Positions 23,201-33,748 of a stretch of 64,000 nucleotides of DNA are shown here, piece after piece (positions within the stretch are counted from its first letter, which is position 1; each line of letters opens with the position of its first letter). A program made the position numbers and the translations under genes. A model generated the notes under the pieces. The model did not search any database and was not told where the DNA came from. It saw nothing but the letters and a program-made list of their open reading frames with translations. Origin of the DNA: Scyliorhinus canicula (taxonomy: Eukaryota); contig NC_052171.1 in the NCBI RefSeq assembly GCF_902713615.1, positions 1,426,001-1,490,000 of the forward strand. Reading direction: 5' to 3'.

Positions 23201-24780
23201 CTTTCCCTCCAACGCCAAAGGAATGGCTTTTTCCTGAATCAAGGTCGGTTCAGCCCAATTGAGATCCGCAATGGCCTAAAGAAGGTGGAACATAAAACTT
23301 CAACAACCTTCATGTCCTCAGCTGCCCGGCCCTACTCAGCCCCACACCATCGCACTCCCTCGCTCATCAAATGCCCCACCTGGATTGTGTTTGTACGCGA
23401 TTCTATGGGAGTCTGTCCCATTCACTCTTTTTTTTTTAAAAGGTTTACAGCATATTCCTGTTATTATGCCCACAGGCATGATTTGCAATGGTAATTGGGA
23501 TTCCTTCAGCTTTCATGACCCAGAATTATTGATCAGTCCACTTCTCCTCAACCCCTTCAGACGGCTGGCTGGCCCACTAATATCCTCCAATCATGTCCCT
23601 GGATTCACTCCTGTTTTTCCAACCAACCACGAGCCCCAGTATCCCGTACCCCAAATCTTCTGCTGCACGTCCCGCCCCTCCCACCACACCAGCCCCCCAC
23701 CACACCACCACCCCCATCTTCCAGCCCATTCTCACAATTATAGAGTACCCAATTATTTTTTCCAATGAAGGGATAATTCGATTGTGGCCAATCCACCTAC
23801 CCTGCGCATTTTTTGGATTTTTTGGATGTGCAAACTCCACACAGACAGTGAGCCGGGGCCTGGATCGAACCCGGGTCCTCGGTGCCTGTGAGGCATGAGG
23901 CAGCAGTGCTAAACACTGCGCCACCATTCCACCCACTTTGTAGACCTTTCATGCACTCCACCTACCGGCCCTCACCTTCCGGCCCCCTCCCATTAGTCCC
24001 CTGCCTTGCCACCCCTTCCTCCCACCAGCCCCCCTGCCTTGCCACCCCTTCCTCCCACCCCCGCCTTGCCACCCCTTCCTCCCACCAGCCCCCCTGCTTT
24101 GCCACCCCCTCCCACCAGCCCCCCACCTTGCCACCCCCTCCCACCAGCCCCCCACCTTGCCACCCCCTCCCACCAGCCCCCCTGCTTTGCCACCCCCTCC
24201 TACTAGACCCCCTGCCTTGCCACCCCCACCAGCCCCCCTGCCTTGCCACCCCCCCCCAACCAGCCCCCCTGCCTTGCCACCCCCCCCACCAGCCCCCCCT
24301 GCCTTGCCACCCCCCCCACCAGCCCCCCCTGCCTTGCCACCCCCCCCCCCACCAGCCCCCCTGCCTTGCCACCCCCCCCCCACCAGCCCCCCTGCCTTGC
24401 CACCCCTTCCAGCCATCAGCCCCCCAACCTTGCCACCCCTTCCTCCCACCAGCCCCCCACCTTGCCACCCCCTCCCACCAGCCCCCCACCTTGCCACCCC
24501 CTCCCACCAGCCCCCCACCTTGCCACCCCCTCCCACCAGCCCCCCACCTTGCCACCCCCAACCATGCCACCCCCCCCCACCAGCCCCCCAGCCTTGCCAC
24601 TCCTTCCTCCAGCCAGCCCCCCCCCCCATCTCTCTCTTTCACACTCTCTCCCGCTCACCAATTACACTCTGTCTCTCTATCCCTCCCGGACCTATCTTTT
24701 TCTCCCTCTTTCCCTCTCTCTACCTCCAAGAGTCTCTCCTCCAGTCCCATCTCGTGGAAGCCCAGCTTCTCCGCCGCCAT
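8220..24780 (-). CDS. DDX56: DEAD-box RNA helicase DDX56 (Dbp9 orthologue), 14 coding exons, 1,653 nt, 550 aa
   Basis: Joined exons give [38 protein letters not shown] and the DDX56-specific [22 protein letters not shown] and NPLKHF; all introns GT-AG and phase-consistent. Confidence 0.97.
8730..9385 (+). mobile_element. Old CR1 ORF2 fragment in DDX56 intron 13
   Basis: Degenerate CR1-like sequence ([21 protein letters not shown]). Confidence 0.65.
9397..9494 (-). CDS. DDX56: DDX56 exon 13 ([22 protein letters not shown]...KKMK)
   Basis: ttccag/gtgagg; phase 1 to 0; basic nucleolar-signal-like segment. Confidence 0.9.
9680..9890 (+). mobile_element. Ancient Deu-domain (AmnSINE/SacSINE-like) SINE relic
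   Basis: Recognised motif AACTAATTATCTGGTCATT; highly decayed. Confidence 0.4.
10573..10790 (+). mobile_element. Internally deleted HE1-type SINE
   Basis: GTGTGGAGTTTGCACGGTCTCC core; CR1-like tail. Confidence 0.7.
11395..11605 (-). mobile_element. Short HE1-type SINE
   Basis: Same head, core and AT tail as 4436-4670. Confidence 0.8.
12395..12730 (-). mobile_element. HE1-type SINE (CR1 tail)
   Basis: Full head, core and tail. Confidence 0.8.
12908..13317. repeat. 29-bp minisatellite CTGAATGCCCTCACCCACACACTGGGGGA (about 13 units with variants)
   Basis: Direct tandem repeats starting about 20 nt inside DDX56 intron 12. Confidence 0.95.
13338..13443 (-). CDS. DDX56: DDX56 exon 12
   Basis: [35 protein letters not shown]; ttgcag/gtgagt. 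Confidence 0.95.
13623..13712 (-). CDS. DDX56: DDX56 exon 11
   Basis: [30 protein letters not shown]; ttgcag/gtgaga. Confidence 0.95.
13735..13909. repeat. 35-bp tandem repeat, 5 copies (ATCACTAACAGCACAGGCAAAAGCAATACCCCGAA)
   Basis: Near-identical units ending about 20 nt from the exon 11 acceptor. Confidence 0.95.
14085..14370 (-). mobile_element. HE1-type SINE
   Basis: Head, core and CR1-like tail. Confidence 0.75.
14521..14730 (+). mobile_element. Second tRNA-derived SINE family (GGGGCTGGTTTAGCTCA head) with L2-type tail and (TTTCA)n
   Basis: A box and GGTTCGATTCCC B box; related copy at 53829-53996. Confidence 0.75.
15056..15129 (-). CDS. DDX56: DDX56 exon 10
   Basis: [25 protein letters not shown]; gacag/gtatga. 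Confidence 0.95.
15640..16070 (-). mobile_element. CR1/L2-superfamily LINE 3' relic
   Basis: Homologous by eye to 54255-54830 and 26090-26240. Confidence 0.55.
16660..16754 (-). CDS. DDX56: DDX56 exon 9
   Basis: [32 protein letters not shown]; cacag/gtttgt. Confidence 0.93.
16855..17362 (+). mobile_element. Rex1/Babar LINE 3' fragment
   Basis: [16 protein letters not shown]...[17 protein letters not shown]; tail CTTTTCACTGTA...GTGACAATAA plus (ATCAA)n. Confidence 0.8.
17455..17568 (-). CDS. DDX56: DDX56 exon 8
   Basis: [38 protein letters not shown]; tttcag/gtgagg. Confidence 0.96.
17601..17953 (-). mobile_element. Young full-length HE1-type SINE
   Basis: Near-identical to 58708-59050; (TTCTATG)n tail. 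Confidence 0.9.
18188..18316 (-). CDS. DDX56: DDX56 exon 7
   Basis: [20 protein letters not shown]...; catcag/gtaagc. Confidence 0.95.
18566..18807 (-). CDS. DDX56: DDX56 exon 6
   Basis: [11 protein letters not shown]...[13 protein letters not shown]...[11 protein letters not shown]; tacag/gtaggg. Confidence 0.96.
19470..20630. mobile_element. SINE cluster: fragment 19470-19625 (+), 19696-19912 (-), 20098-20380 (+, L2-type tail), 20403-20630 (+, short form)
   Basis: Repeated HE1-type heads and cores. Confidence 0.8.
20819..20909 (-). CDS. DDX56: DDX56 exon 5
   Basis: [30 protein letters not shown] (motif III SAT); tacag/gtaagg. Confidence 0.97.
21125..21405 (-). mobile_element. HE1-type SINE (5' deleted)
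   Basis: Core plus CR1-like tail. Confidence 0.75.
21997..22165 (+). mobile_element. Short HE1-type SINE next to the exon 4 donor
   Basis: Head and core recognisable. Confidence 0.7.
22187..22357 (-). CDS. DDX56: DDX56 exon 4
   Basis: [16 protein letters not shown]...[13 protein letters not shown]; tttcag/gtaagt. Confidence 0.97.
22443..22597 (-). CDS. DDX56: DDX56 exon 3
   Basis: [18 protein letters not shown]...SAQR; ctctag/gtatga. Confidence 0.96.
23114..23275 (-). CDS. DDX56: DDX56 exon 2
   Basis: [41 protein letters not shown]; tttag/gtaaat. Confidence 0.97.
23740..23925 (-). mobile_element. Short HE1-type SINE
   Basis: Head, core and AT tail. Confidence 0.7.
23998..24628. repeat. 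C-rich minisatellite (about 28-32 bp, CCTTGCCACCCCCTCCCACCAGCCCCC) in DDX56 intron 1
   Basis: About 20 variable units; explains the Pro- and Gly-rich spurious ORFs. Confidence 0.9.
24724..24780 (-). CDS. DDX56: DDX56 exon 1 coding part ([19 protein letters not shown])
   Basis: AAGATGG Kozak context; Q-motif F..MGL; donor gtagag. Confidence 0.92.
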
Positions 24781-24860
24781 CTTGTTCCCGGCTGATCACG
24801 TGGGTGGCCGCTGCTGCCGCCTTGTGGTGACGCCCTGTCACTGCAGCGGCAGCAGAGAGC
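24773..24860 (-). promoter_or_regulatory. DDX56 promoter/5' UTR with YY1 motif (CAAGATGGCGGC, 24773-24784) and E-box CACGTG (24797-24802)
   Basis: Motifs read directly; small CpG-rich patch. Confidence 0.55.
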
Positions 24861-25183
24861 TGGGAAGGTGGCAGCTGCTCCACTTCATGCACAGCTCCAG
24901 GCTCTGTGATCACTCAGCAAACAGAGACAGGCATTAGAAAACAAATGCTTCAAATTAACCCCCAACTTCAGAAAACAACAGGCAGTTTGACCTTTCAGCT
25001 GAACAGCCTTGAAGTTAGGACTGAGTTCCTGTGAGAAAAGACGGCTGAGAGGAGATTTGAGCAAGAGGGATTGAAAATCATGAGGGTTCCAGACAGATTG
25101 AACAGGGAGAAAATGTTCTCACTCCTGAACGGGTTGAGAACAAGAGCTTAGAATTCACTGTACCAATTCTGTGCTCAAAGCTG

Positions 25184-25512
25184 AATAATAATATAATAAT
25201 CTTTATTATTGTCACAAGTAGGCTTACTTTAACACTGCAATGAAGTTACTGTGAAAATTCCCTCATCGCCACACTCCAGCCCCTGTTCGGGTACACAGAC
25301 GGAGAATTCAGAATGTCCAATTCACCTAACAGCACGTCTTTCGGGGCTTGTGGGAGGAATCCGAACGCCCAGAGGAAACCCACACAGGTATGGGCAGAAG
25401 TCATCTGCAGATTCCGCACAGGCAGTGATCCAAGCAGGAATCGATTCCAATCGAACCCGGGTCTCTGGAGCTCGGAAGCAACAGTGCTAACCATTGTGCG
25501 ACCGTGCTGCCC
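25184..25512 (-). mobile_element. HE1-head SINE with L2-type tail
   Basis: Same layout as 6977-7286. Confidence 0.75.
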
Positions 25513-26779
25513 TCTTTGTTCCTATTTTTATTTCATTGTTACATCGTTGTGCTACAAAGCTATCTCATTGCCAATTCTGCAAAAGCAATTTGCAGTTTGA
25601 TTTAATCTGGAAATCCTCAAATGCAAAGAGCATTGTGCACTGCAAACTGGTCTCGGTGCAAAATACTTAAATTTACTGAAATGGCAAACAAGGAGGGACT
25701 GGGGAATCAGAAATTCCAAAGCGATTTGAATATGTGAGCAGATACGATTTAATGGCATCAAGTGTGAAGTCATGCATGTACAATGGAAAACTTAAGTGAT
25801 ATAGATCCTCTGTGAATGGTGTTCAAATAGAAAGGGATGAAGTGGGAATGGACTCAAGGAGCCTTCGCAGACTTGGTACTGAACATGTCAAACTGCTGCA
25901 AAACAATAATTTAAAAATCCAATAGTAGGTTCAATGACAGAAACAAAGATTGTGATGAATCTGAACAAGGCTCTGGTGAGGCAATACCACAGCCCCATGG
26001 GCAGTTTTGGTCAGTGAGACAAATCAGAGACAATTCAGTACTGGACACATGGCACAGAGGAATGAGTCTGATTCTTGCTACCTTCTTCTGAAGTACCTTT
26101 CAAACCAGAGACCTCGACCAGCCTGAAGAACAAGGGCAGTAGATGCTTGGGAACGTCACCATCTGAAAGTTTCCCTCCAAGTCACACTATCCTGACTTGG
26201 AAAAGGGTAGAGCAATAAATTTCTGCCTGGCCAGACACACCCTGTAAAAGAGAGGGAGGAGAAATCTGAGACTCTCAGCCTGAACGTTGGTTGGAGGACG
26301 AATACTTTAGACATAGTAAATGCAATGGAAAGTGTATATTTTAAATTGTGTGCTCAGGACAGAGGGACATGGGTTCAAACACAGAGACTTACAGCTGGAG
26401 GCTCCCAAACTCATAAACATCGACATTGATGGAAGGGATTGTGAAGGTGAAAGTCAGAAAGGTTGAACAATCGAACTATGTGCCTAACATCCACAATTAG
26501 CAACAACTTGTACCTGTGTCAAGGTTCTTGAGTATCGAACGAATAACAGTCACTAACAAAATTCAACACTGAGTTAGACATGGGGATGTTGGGACAGATG
26601 ACCAAAAAGTTTGGTTGAGGAAGCAGGTTTTAATGAACATTTTGACGGAGGAAAGACAGGTAGAGGGGCACAGCCGCCAATCATGAATTGATTACAGTCA
26701 GGGATTTGGTGCAATGCAGGATGGAGTGGTTTGAGATGGTGACAGGAGAGGCCAGCTGAATCCAATGAATGCTGACATT

Positions 26780-27360
26780 TAATTTCAATGCATCGCTTTT
26801 TCTTCAACCCCTGAGAAATGCTCCCCTGCATCGATTCTCAAACCTTTTTATCCTGCCGAGTTGTTGACGGGTCAGGGTATCTGGACCAGGTTGGACCTGG
26901 TGTTTCTAAATTTTGCAGGGCGAGTGGGGACAAAGCAGAGCGTGCAAAAGAAACAGTACAATTCTACAAAGCCTGAGTGATATTTCATACGCTAAAACAT
27001 TTTGGGACAGGTCAAAGTTGGGTCCCAGGTGTGTGAAGTCGAAGTTCAAGGTAAAAGACTGAAGAAGCATCTCGATCACTTGAGAAGAAGGCAGACACCT
27101 GGAGAACCCATGGAGCAGCCCACTCCAAGTATGCCCGCCCGTGATGTTGTTGTGGTCAACAGTACTGTGGGAGCAAGTCAGCTTGAGGAAGAGTGGCATA
27201 CTGTTCCTGTGGGAACTGGAGAACTAATCTGTGCTGATGTACCTTTGCAAGATAGCAGTGAAACCGATCTGCCCCTGCTGTTGAGGCACCTCCTGTTGAG
27301 CTACGTGGTTCCAAAGGGGAGAGGACAGACTGACTTTACAATGGACTGTGCTAAATAATT
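26780..27360 (+). mobile_element. Possible Gypsy LTR-retrotransposon integrase C-terminal relic
   Basis: SWVPG...EVEVQGKRLKKHLDHLRR resembles Gypsy integrase tails; degenerate. Confidence 0.45.
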
Positions 27361-27401
27361 CCTGTCTGGTGTCGAAATGTGAATTGTTCAATTTTTGTCG
27401 T

Positions 27402-27626
27402 GGGCAGCACGGTGGCACAGTGGTTAGCGCTGCTGCCTCACGGCGCCGAGGTCCCAGGTTCGATCCTGGCTGCGGGTCACTGTCCTTGTGGAGTTTGCAT
27501 GATCTCCCCGTGTTTGCGTGGGTTTCGTCCCCACAACCCAAAGATGTGCAGGCTAGGTGGATTGGCCATGCTAAATTGCCCCCTAATTGGAAAAAATGAA
27601 GTGGGTACTCTAAATTTTTTTTTTAA
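27402..27626 (+). mobile_element. Short HE1-type SINE
   Basis: Intact head GGGCAGCACGGTGGCACAGTGGTTAGC. Confidence 0.85.
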
Positions 27627-27929
27627 GAAACTGGAATCGAAGTCATCAGTCGTGCAATAACTTCAGGAGGTGCGGAGTGAAGGACCAAACTAGTTTATTT
27701 TAAACTGAAAATAAAGCCGCTATCACGGCACACAAAAGAAACATCGCAATCTAGGACTATCGGGAACTGGCGTTCTGGGATGGGAGCTACATTTAAAAGC
27801 CTCCGCAACGCTCACCGCAGGAACTCATATTCTACGAAGTCCATGGGGAGATCAATCAGCAATCCCCCCTGGTCCACATGAGAGTTACCTCAAGGAACAT
27901 CTTTACCATTCAAAGATACCAAAACAAAT

Positions 27930-29237
27930 ATTTTTGTCTGTCTTCACAGTGTGAGACTCAAGTTACATAGCAGAAATAAAGGGTAACTTTTTGAGACTAA
28001 TGAGAGTCAAGAAGTTACGGTCATTAATGTCAGCAGAGAAAAAATGATGGATAAATGTAAGGGACGAAATTCAACAAATCCCCAGATCTGATGGGGTTCA
28101 AAAAGAGACAATGGCAGAGATCATGGGTGCACTGGCTGTGATTTTACAAAAGTCCGCAGATTCTGGAACAGTTCCAGCAAATTGCAAGTTAGCAAATGCA
28201 ACGCCAACATTCGAGAAAGGAGGGAGAGAGAAAACACGGAACCACAGGTCAGTTAGCCTGACATCAGTCATCAGGAAAGTGCTGAAATTATTCAGGTTTT
28301 AATAATGCACTTTGAAAATCGTAGGATGATCAAACAAAATCAACATGGTTTTACAAAGGGGAAATAATGTTTAACAAGTTTATTGGCATTTTTGAGGATG
28401 TAACGAGGAGAGTAGACAAAGGGGAGCCAGTAGATGTGGCATACTTAAGATTTTCAAAAGGTATTCGATGGGTACCGCACAAATGATAAATATACAAGAT
28501 AAACGCTAATGGGGTTGCAGGTTATACATTCACATGGATAGAGGATTGGTGCATGGACTAGAAGCAGAGATGAGTGATAAATATAACATTTTCAATTAGC
28601 ATGCTCTAACTCAAAGGGTGTCGCAAGGATGAGTGATGGAGCCTCAGCTATTTATAATCTATATTAATGATTTATTCAAAGAGACAGAGAATAACTTACT
28701 CGAGTCTGCTTATGATACAAAGCTAGTTGAGAATGCAATCTGTGAGGAAGTCACAAAGAGGCTTAAAAAACATATAGAGGTTAAGGAGCGGGCAACAAAA
28801 TACCAGATTAAGTATAATGTGGTGAAGTGCAGAAAGACAGAGTCTTTTCAGAAGACATGAAACCTATAAATGTTCAGAGAGACTTGGGTGTACTTGGACA
28901 CAAAGTTGGCATGCAGGCGCAGCAAGTATGACAGGGTTGTGCTGTGATGAAAAACTGAATAAACTTTGTCGAAAATATCTTGCGTTTAGAAGAAATGGAG
29001 GTGACTTCCTTGTACCGTACAAGATTCTGAAGGAGCTTGACAGGGTAGATACTGAAAATGTATTTCCCCTGGCAGGGTTATCTAGAACAAAGGGGCATAG
29101 TCACAGGATAAGGGGCCAATCATTTAGGACTGAGATGAGGACAAATCTCACTCAAACGGATGCAAATCTTTGGAAATGTCTGTCCGGCAGGATTGTGGAT
29201 GCGCTACCATTGAATATACTTAAGACTGAGATAGACA
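27930..29237 (+). mobile_element. Old CR1 ORF2, 5' part (continues at 35329-35470 after the L1 insertion)
   Basis: ANATPTFEKGGREK.RNHRSVSLTSV, PQLFIIYINDL, SRTKGHSHRIRG, LKTEID. Confidence 0.8.
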
Positions 29238-30913
29238 AAAAGACTGAGAAGGCTTGGGCTGTAGCTGCGACAGAAAACTGCATGACGGAGGTTCAGACCT
29301 CTGGCTTGTTGACCCAGCAGTCTGTGGAGCAGCTGATGCAAGTCATTCAGGAAGGCTTTGCTACGCAGCAACGGGACTGCTTGGACCTAATAAATGAGTT
29401 GATTGAGCAGTTGGGAGTATAGATTGGAAGCCCAAGATTGGGCGATCCAGAAGGTGGAGAAGGTGCTGGCTGAGCAGGAGGAACATCAGACTACGGTGGA
29501 GCTGGAGGTGGGGATGCTGAACGACCAGCAGAAGAAGCTCCTGGAGAAGGTGGAGGACCTGGAGAATAGGTCCCGCCGGCAGAACCTGAATCGTTGGGCT
29601 CCCAGAGGGGCCCAAAGGAGCGGAAGCTGGGGCATACATTGCAGACATGTTTGTGAAGCTGCTGGGGGATGGGGCATTCTCCCGGCCCTTGGAGCTATGG
29701 TGATGAGATGCCACAGGTTTTCGGATAAGGAGTGTATTCTACAGTGGGCCAAGCAGGGACGGAGCTGTAAGTGGGACAACAGTATCCTGCGGGTTTACCA
29801 GGACCTGAGTGTAGAGGAGGCCAGGAGGAAAGCAGGCTGCAACCCGATTAGGTTGATCCTTTTTAAGAAAAGGTGAAGTTTGGACTGTTATACCCAGTGC
29901 ATCTCTGGGTCACGCATGAGGATCAGCAATACTACTTCTAGTCGCCTGAGGACATGTTGGACTTTGCGAAAAAGTAAGGGTTGGTGATGGATTGAGAACT
30001 TTTGAACTTGGTTGCAACGTTCATGTTTTTGGTTATTTTTCTTTACGTTTCTCTGTTTTTGTAAAAAGTTTCTCGTCTTGCGTTTTATGGAAGTTGTTTG
30101 TGATGCCATTTGCATTGATTTGGAACTAGCGGTAGAACTGAGTGAGTTAAGGTTTTCATTTGCACCATGGGGGATGGAGGTGTGCTTGTTTTCATCTTGG
30201 TGTTTTTTCTGTTGGGCAATTATGTGAGGATTGTTTGATGCTGGAGTTTGTTTGTATGAGCGGGGGTGGGGGGGAACAATAGGTGGGAGACTATCTGGCG
30301 CCAGTGATGGGGGCCACCAAGCTAGCTGGGCAAGCTAGGTCACGGAAGCGCAGTGGGGGGTGTACATATGTTTGGTTTGGTAAAGGGGTTGGGTTGCAGG
30401 GTGTTGTTACTGGGGGGGGGGGTGAATGTTCTGCTAACAAGGGAGAGACTTGAGCTGAGGGACGGAGAGGAGGTTGGGGCAGGGGCTGCCTGGGGTTGGA
30501 CCGGTGGAGGCGCGGAGCACGGGCTGGAGGTGGACCTAAAAAAGGGGATGGAGGGAGAGGACAATGAGCCCCCCAACTAGGCTGATCACCTGGAATGTTT
30601 GAGGCCTAAATGGGCCGGTCAAAAGGGCACGTGTGTTTGCGTATCTTAGGGGATTGAAGGCTGACGTGGTAATGTTGCAGGAGAGTAACGGACCAGATTA
30701 GATTGAGGAAAGGCTGGGTCAGTCAGGTCTTTTACTCGGGACTAGATTCAAAGACTAGAGGGGTTGTGATCCTGATCAATAAGCGGGTGGTATTTGAGGC
30801 AGGTAGAATAGACTCGGAAGTGGGAAGTCAGTGGGAAACTGGAGGGGGTGCAGGTGGCATTAGTAAATGGGATGATGTGGAGTTTATAAAGAGGATGCTG
30901 GGGAAGATACCAG

Positions 30914-31517
30914 GGGTGAAATTCTGGGGGCCGCCGAAAATCCGGCCCCCGCCGTGGCAGAGATTCTCCGCCACCCGGGAAGTGGCGGCGGCGGGAATCA
31001 TGCCACTCCGATCGGTGAGGCCCCTGCGGCGATTCTCCAGCCCACGATGGGCCGAAGTCCCGCCGCTGGGAGGCCTCTCCCGCCACCGAGGTTTGAACCA
31101 CCTCTGGTGGCGGCGGGATCGGCGGCGCGAGCGGGCCCCCGGGGTCCTGGGGGGGGCGGGGGGGGCGATCGGACTCCAGGGGGTGCCCCCACGGTGGCCA
31201 GGCCCGCGATCGGGACCCCCCGCTCAGACTCCGGGCCAGTGCCCTGGGTGCACTCTTTCTCCTCCGCGGCCATGGCGGAAGCGGAAGAGAAACCCACATC
31301 GCGCAAGCGCCGACCGGCGAAAGCCTTTCGGCCAGCCCTGCTGCCGGGGGCGCCGGTTTTTTGCGCCAGTCTTCTGGTGCCAACCGCTCCGGCGCGGGGC
31401 TAGCCCCCAGAGGTGCGGAGAATTCCCCACCTTTGGGGAGGCCCGACCCCGGAGTGGTTGGCGCCACTCCCCTACGCCGAGACCCCCCGTCACGCCGGGT
31501 AGGGGAGAATGCCGCCC
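30914..31517. mobile_element. GC-rich non-autonomous DNA element (MITE, possibly Harbinger-derived) in the L1 endonuclease
   Basis: Imperfect terminal inverted repeats GGGTGAAATTCT...AGAATGCCGCCC; removing it restores GKIP-DLYSHRLVMGGDIN; 2-3 bp (C)AG duplication. Confidence 0.75.
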
Positions 31518-33427
31518 AGATCTGTACTCGCACAGGTTGGTCATGGGAGGGGACATCAACACAGTTATGGACCCTGGCTTGGACCGGTCAAGCTCGAAAA
31601 CGGGTAGGGTGCCAACAATGGCAAAGGAACATGGAGCAGGTAGGGGGGGTTGGGATGGATCCATGGAAATCTGGGCAGCCGAGGGTGAAGGAGTTCTCCT
31701 TCTAATCACACGTGCATAAAGTGTACTGGATTGATTTCTTTATTTTGAGCAGGGCCTTACTGGCAGGGGTGATGGACACGAGTACCCGGCGATCACAATC
31801 TCAGACCATGCTCCGCACTGGGTTGACCTGCAGGTTAGTAAAGACAGTAACCAGTGCCCGCACTGGAGGTTGGATGTCGGTCTTTTGGCTGACGATGTGG
31901 TGTGCGAGTGGCTGAGGAGATGTATTTTGAGCTACCTGCAGGTCAGTGACACGGGGGAAATTTCAGCAGCGGTGGTCTGGGAAGCACTGACGGCTGTGGT
32001 CAGGGGGGAGCTGATTTCAATCCGGACCCATAGGGAGAAGGTGGACAGGGCAGAGACGGACCAACTGGTAAAGGAGATACTACAGATCGATAGGAGATAT
32101 GCGGAGAGACAAGGCTTTTAAGGGAATGGCGGAGGTTACAAGCGGAGTTTAGCTTGCTGACCACAGGGAGGGCGGTGGAGCAGCTGAGAAAGGCGAGGGG
32201 GCGATTTACGAACATGGAGAGAAGGCCAGCAGAATGCTTCCACAGCAGCTTATAAAGAGGCAGGCAGCCAAGGAGATAGGGAAAGTAAAGGACTGAGATG
32301 GGAACCTGGTTGGTGATTCAGTAGGGGTGGATAAGGCGTTTAGGGGTTTCTATAGCAGGCTGTCCATCCCCTCTGGGCTGGAGTGGATGAGGCACCTTGG
32401 AGGGGCTGAATTTCCCAAAGGTGGACGGGGAGCTGGTAGGAGGGTTGGAAGAGATAGTGGAGGGTCTGAAGGCCATGCCGGCGGGTAAAGCCCCGGGGCT
32501 GGACGGGTACCCGGTGAAGTTCTACAAAAAGTTCTCTCGAATATTGGGGCCGGTATTGATGAGGATGTTCGATGAGGCGGGGAAAGAGGGGTGCTGCCCC
32601 CGACTATGTCACAGGCCACGGTTTCACTGATTCTTAAGCGGGACAAGAACCCGGAGCTGTGTGGGTCCTACAGACCGATATCCCTGTTGAATGTGGATGC
32701 CAAATTGCTGGCCAAAATCTTGTCCGCCAGGATTGAGGATTGTGTTCCAGAGGATTGTGTTATTGGGGAGGACCAGACGGGGTTTGTTAAGGGTAGGCAG
32801 TTTGTGGCCAATGAAAGAAGGTTGTTAAACGTGATCATGATGCCCCCGGAAGGTAGGGAAGTGGAGGTAGTGATCACAATGGATGCAGAAAAGGTTTTTG
32901 ATTGGGTAGAATGGGATTATCTGTGGGAGGTACTGGGACTGTTGGATTTGGGAGGGGCTTTATTGACTGGGTCAGGTGGCTGTATCAGGCTCCTGTGGCA
33001 AGTGTACGGACGAATAGGACAACATCGGACTATTTTAGACTGCACCGGGGGACGAGAGAGGGATGCCCCCTCTCCCCACTGTTGTTTGCACTGGCTATAG
33101 AGCTGTTGGCAATTACTCTGAGTCTCGAGGGGCTGGAGAGGACTGGCTCGGGGAGGGGGGGGGGGGATGTAGCACAGGGTTTCGCTCTGTGCGGATGACC
33201 TGCTTCTGTACGTTTTGGATCCTATAGAGGGGATGGAAGAAATCATGAGGACTCTCGGGGATTTGGCCGATTTTCAGGGTGTTAGCTTAATATGGGAAAG
33301 AGTGAGATGTTTGTCCAGGCAAGGGGACAGGAGCAGCGACTGGGACAGCTGCCGTTTAGGTTAGTAAAGGGAAGCTTTAGGTACCCTTCAGGTGGCACAG
33401 GAATGGGACCAGCTTCATAAATTCATT

Positions 33428-33748
33428 GGGCAGCACGGTGGCAATCGGGCAGCACAGTGGATAGCACTGTGGCTTCACAGCACCAGGGTCCCAGGTTCAA
33501 TTCCCCGCTGGGTCACTTTCTGTGCGGAGTCTACACGTTCTCCCCATGTCTGCGTGGGTTTCCTCCGGGTGCTCCGGTTTCCTCTCAGTCGTGCAGGTTA
33601 GGTGGATTGGCCATGATAAATTGCCCTTAGTATCAAAAACGTTTAGGAGGGGCTATTGGGATAGGATAGAAGTGAGGGTTTGAGTGGGTCAGTGCACTCA
33701 ATGGGCCGAATGGCATCCTTCTGTACTGTATGTTCTATGTAATCTATG
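33428..33748 (+). mobile_element. HE1-type SINE inserted in L1 ORF2
   Basis: Removing it restores LHKLNLARL; AAATT duplicated. Confidence 0.8.

Noticed and set aside
8290-24720. Intronic snoRNAs, plausible in a ribosome-biogenesis gene
   Set aside because: No convincing C/D box pair with terminal stem found by eye; an Rfam covariance search would be needed, especially for H/ACA.
23882-24937. Pro-rich and Gly-rich ORFs (formin- or extensin-like)
   Set aside because: Products of the C-rich intronic minisatellite, open in nearly all frames.
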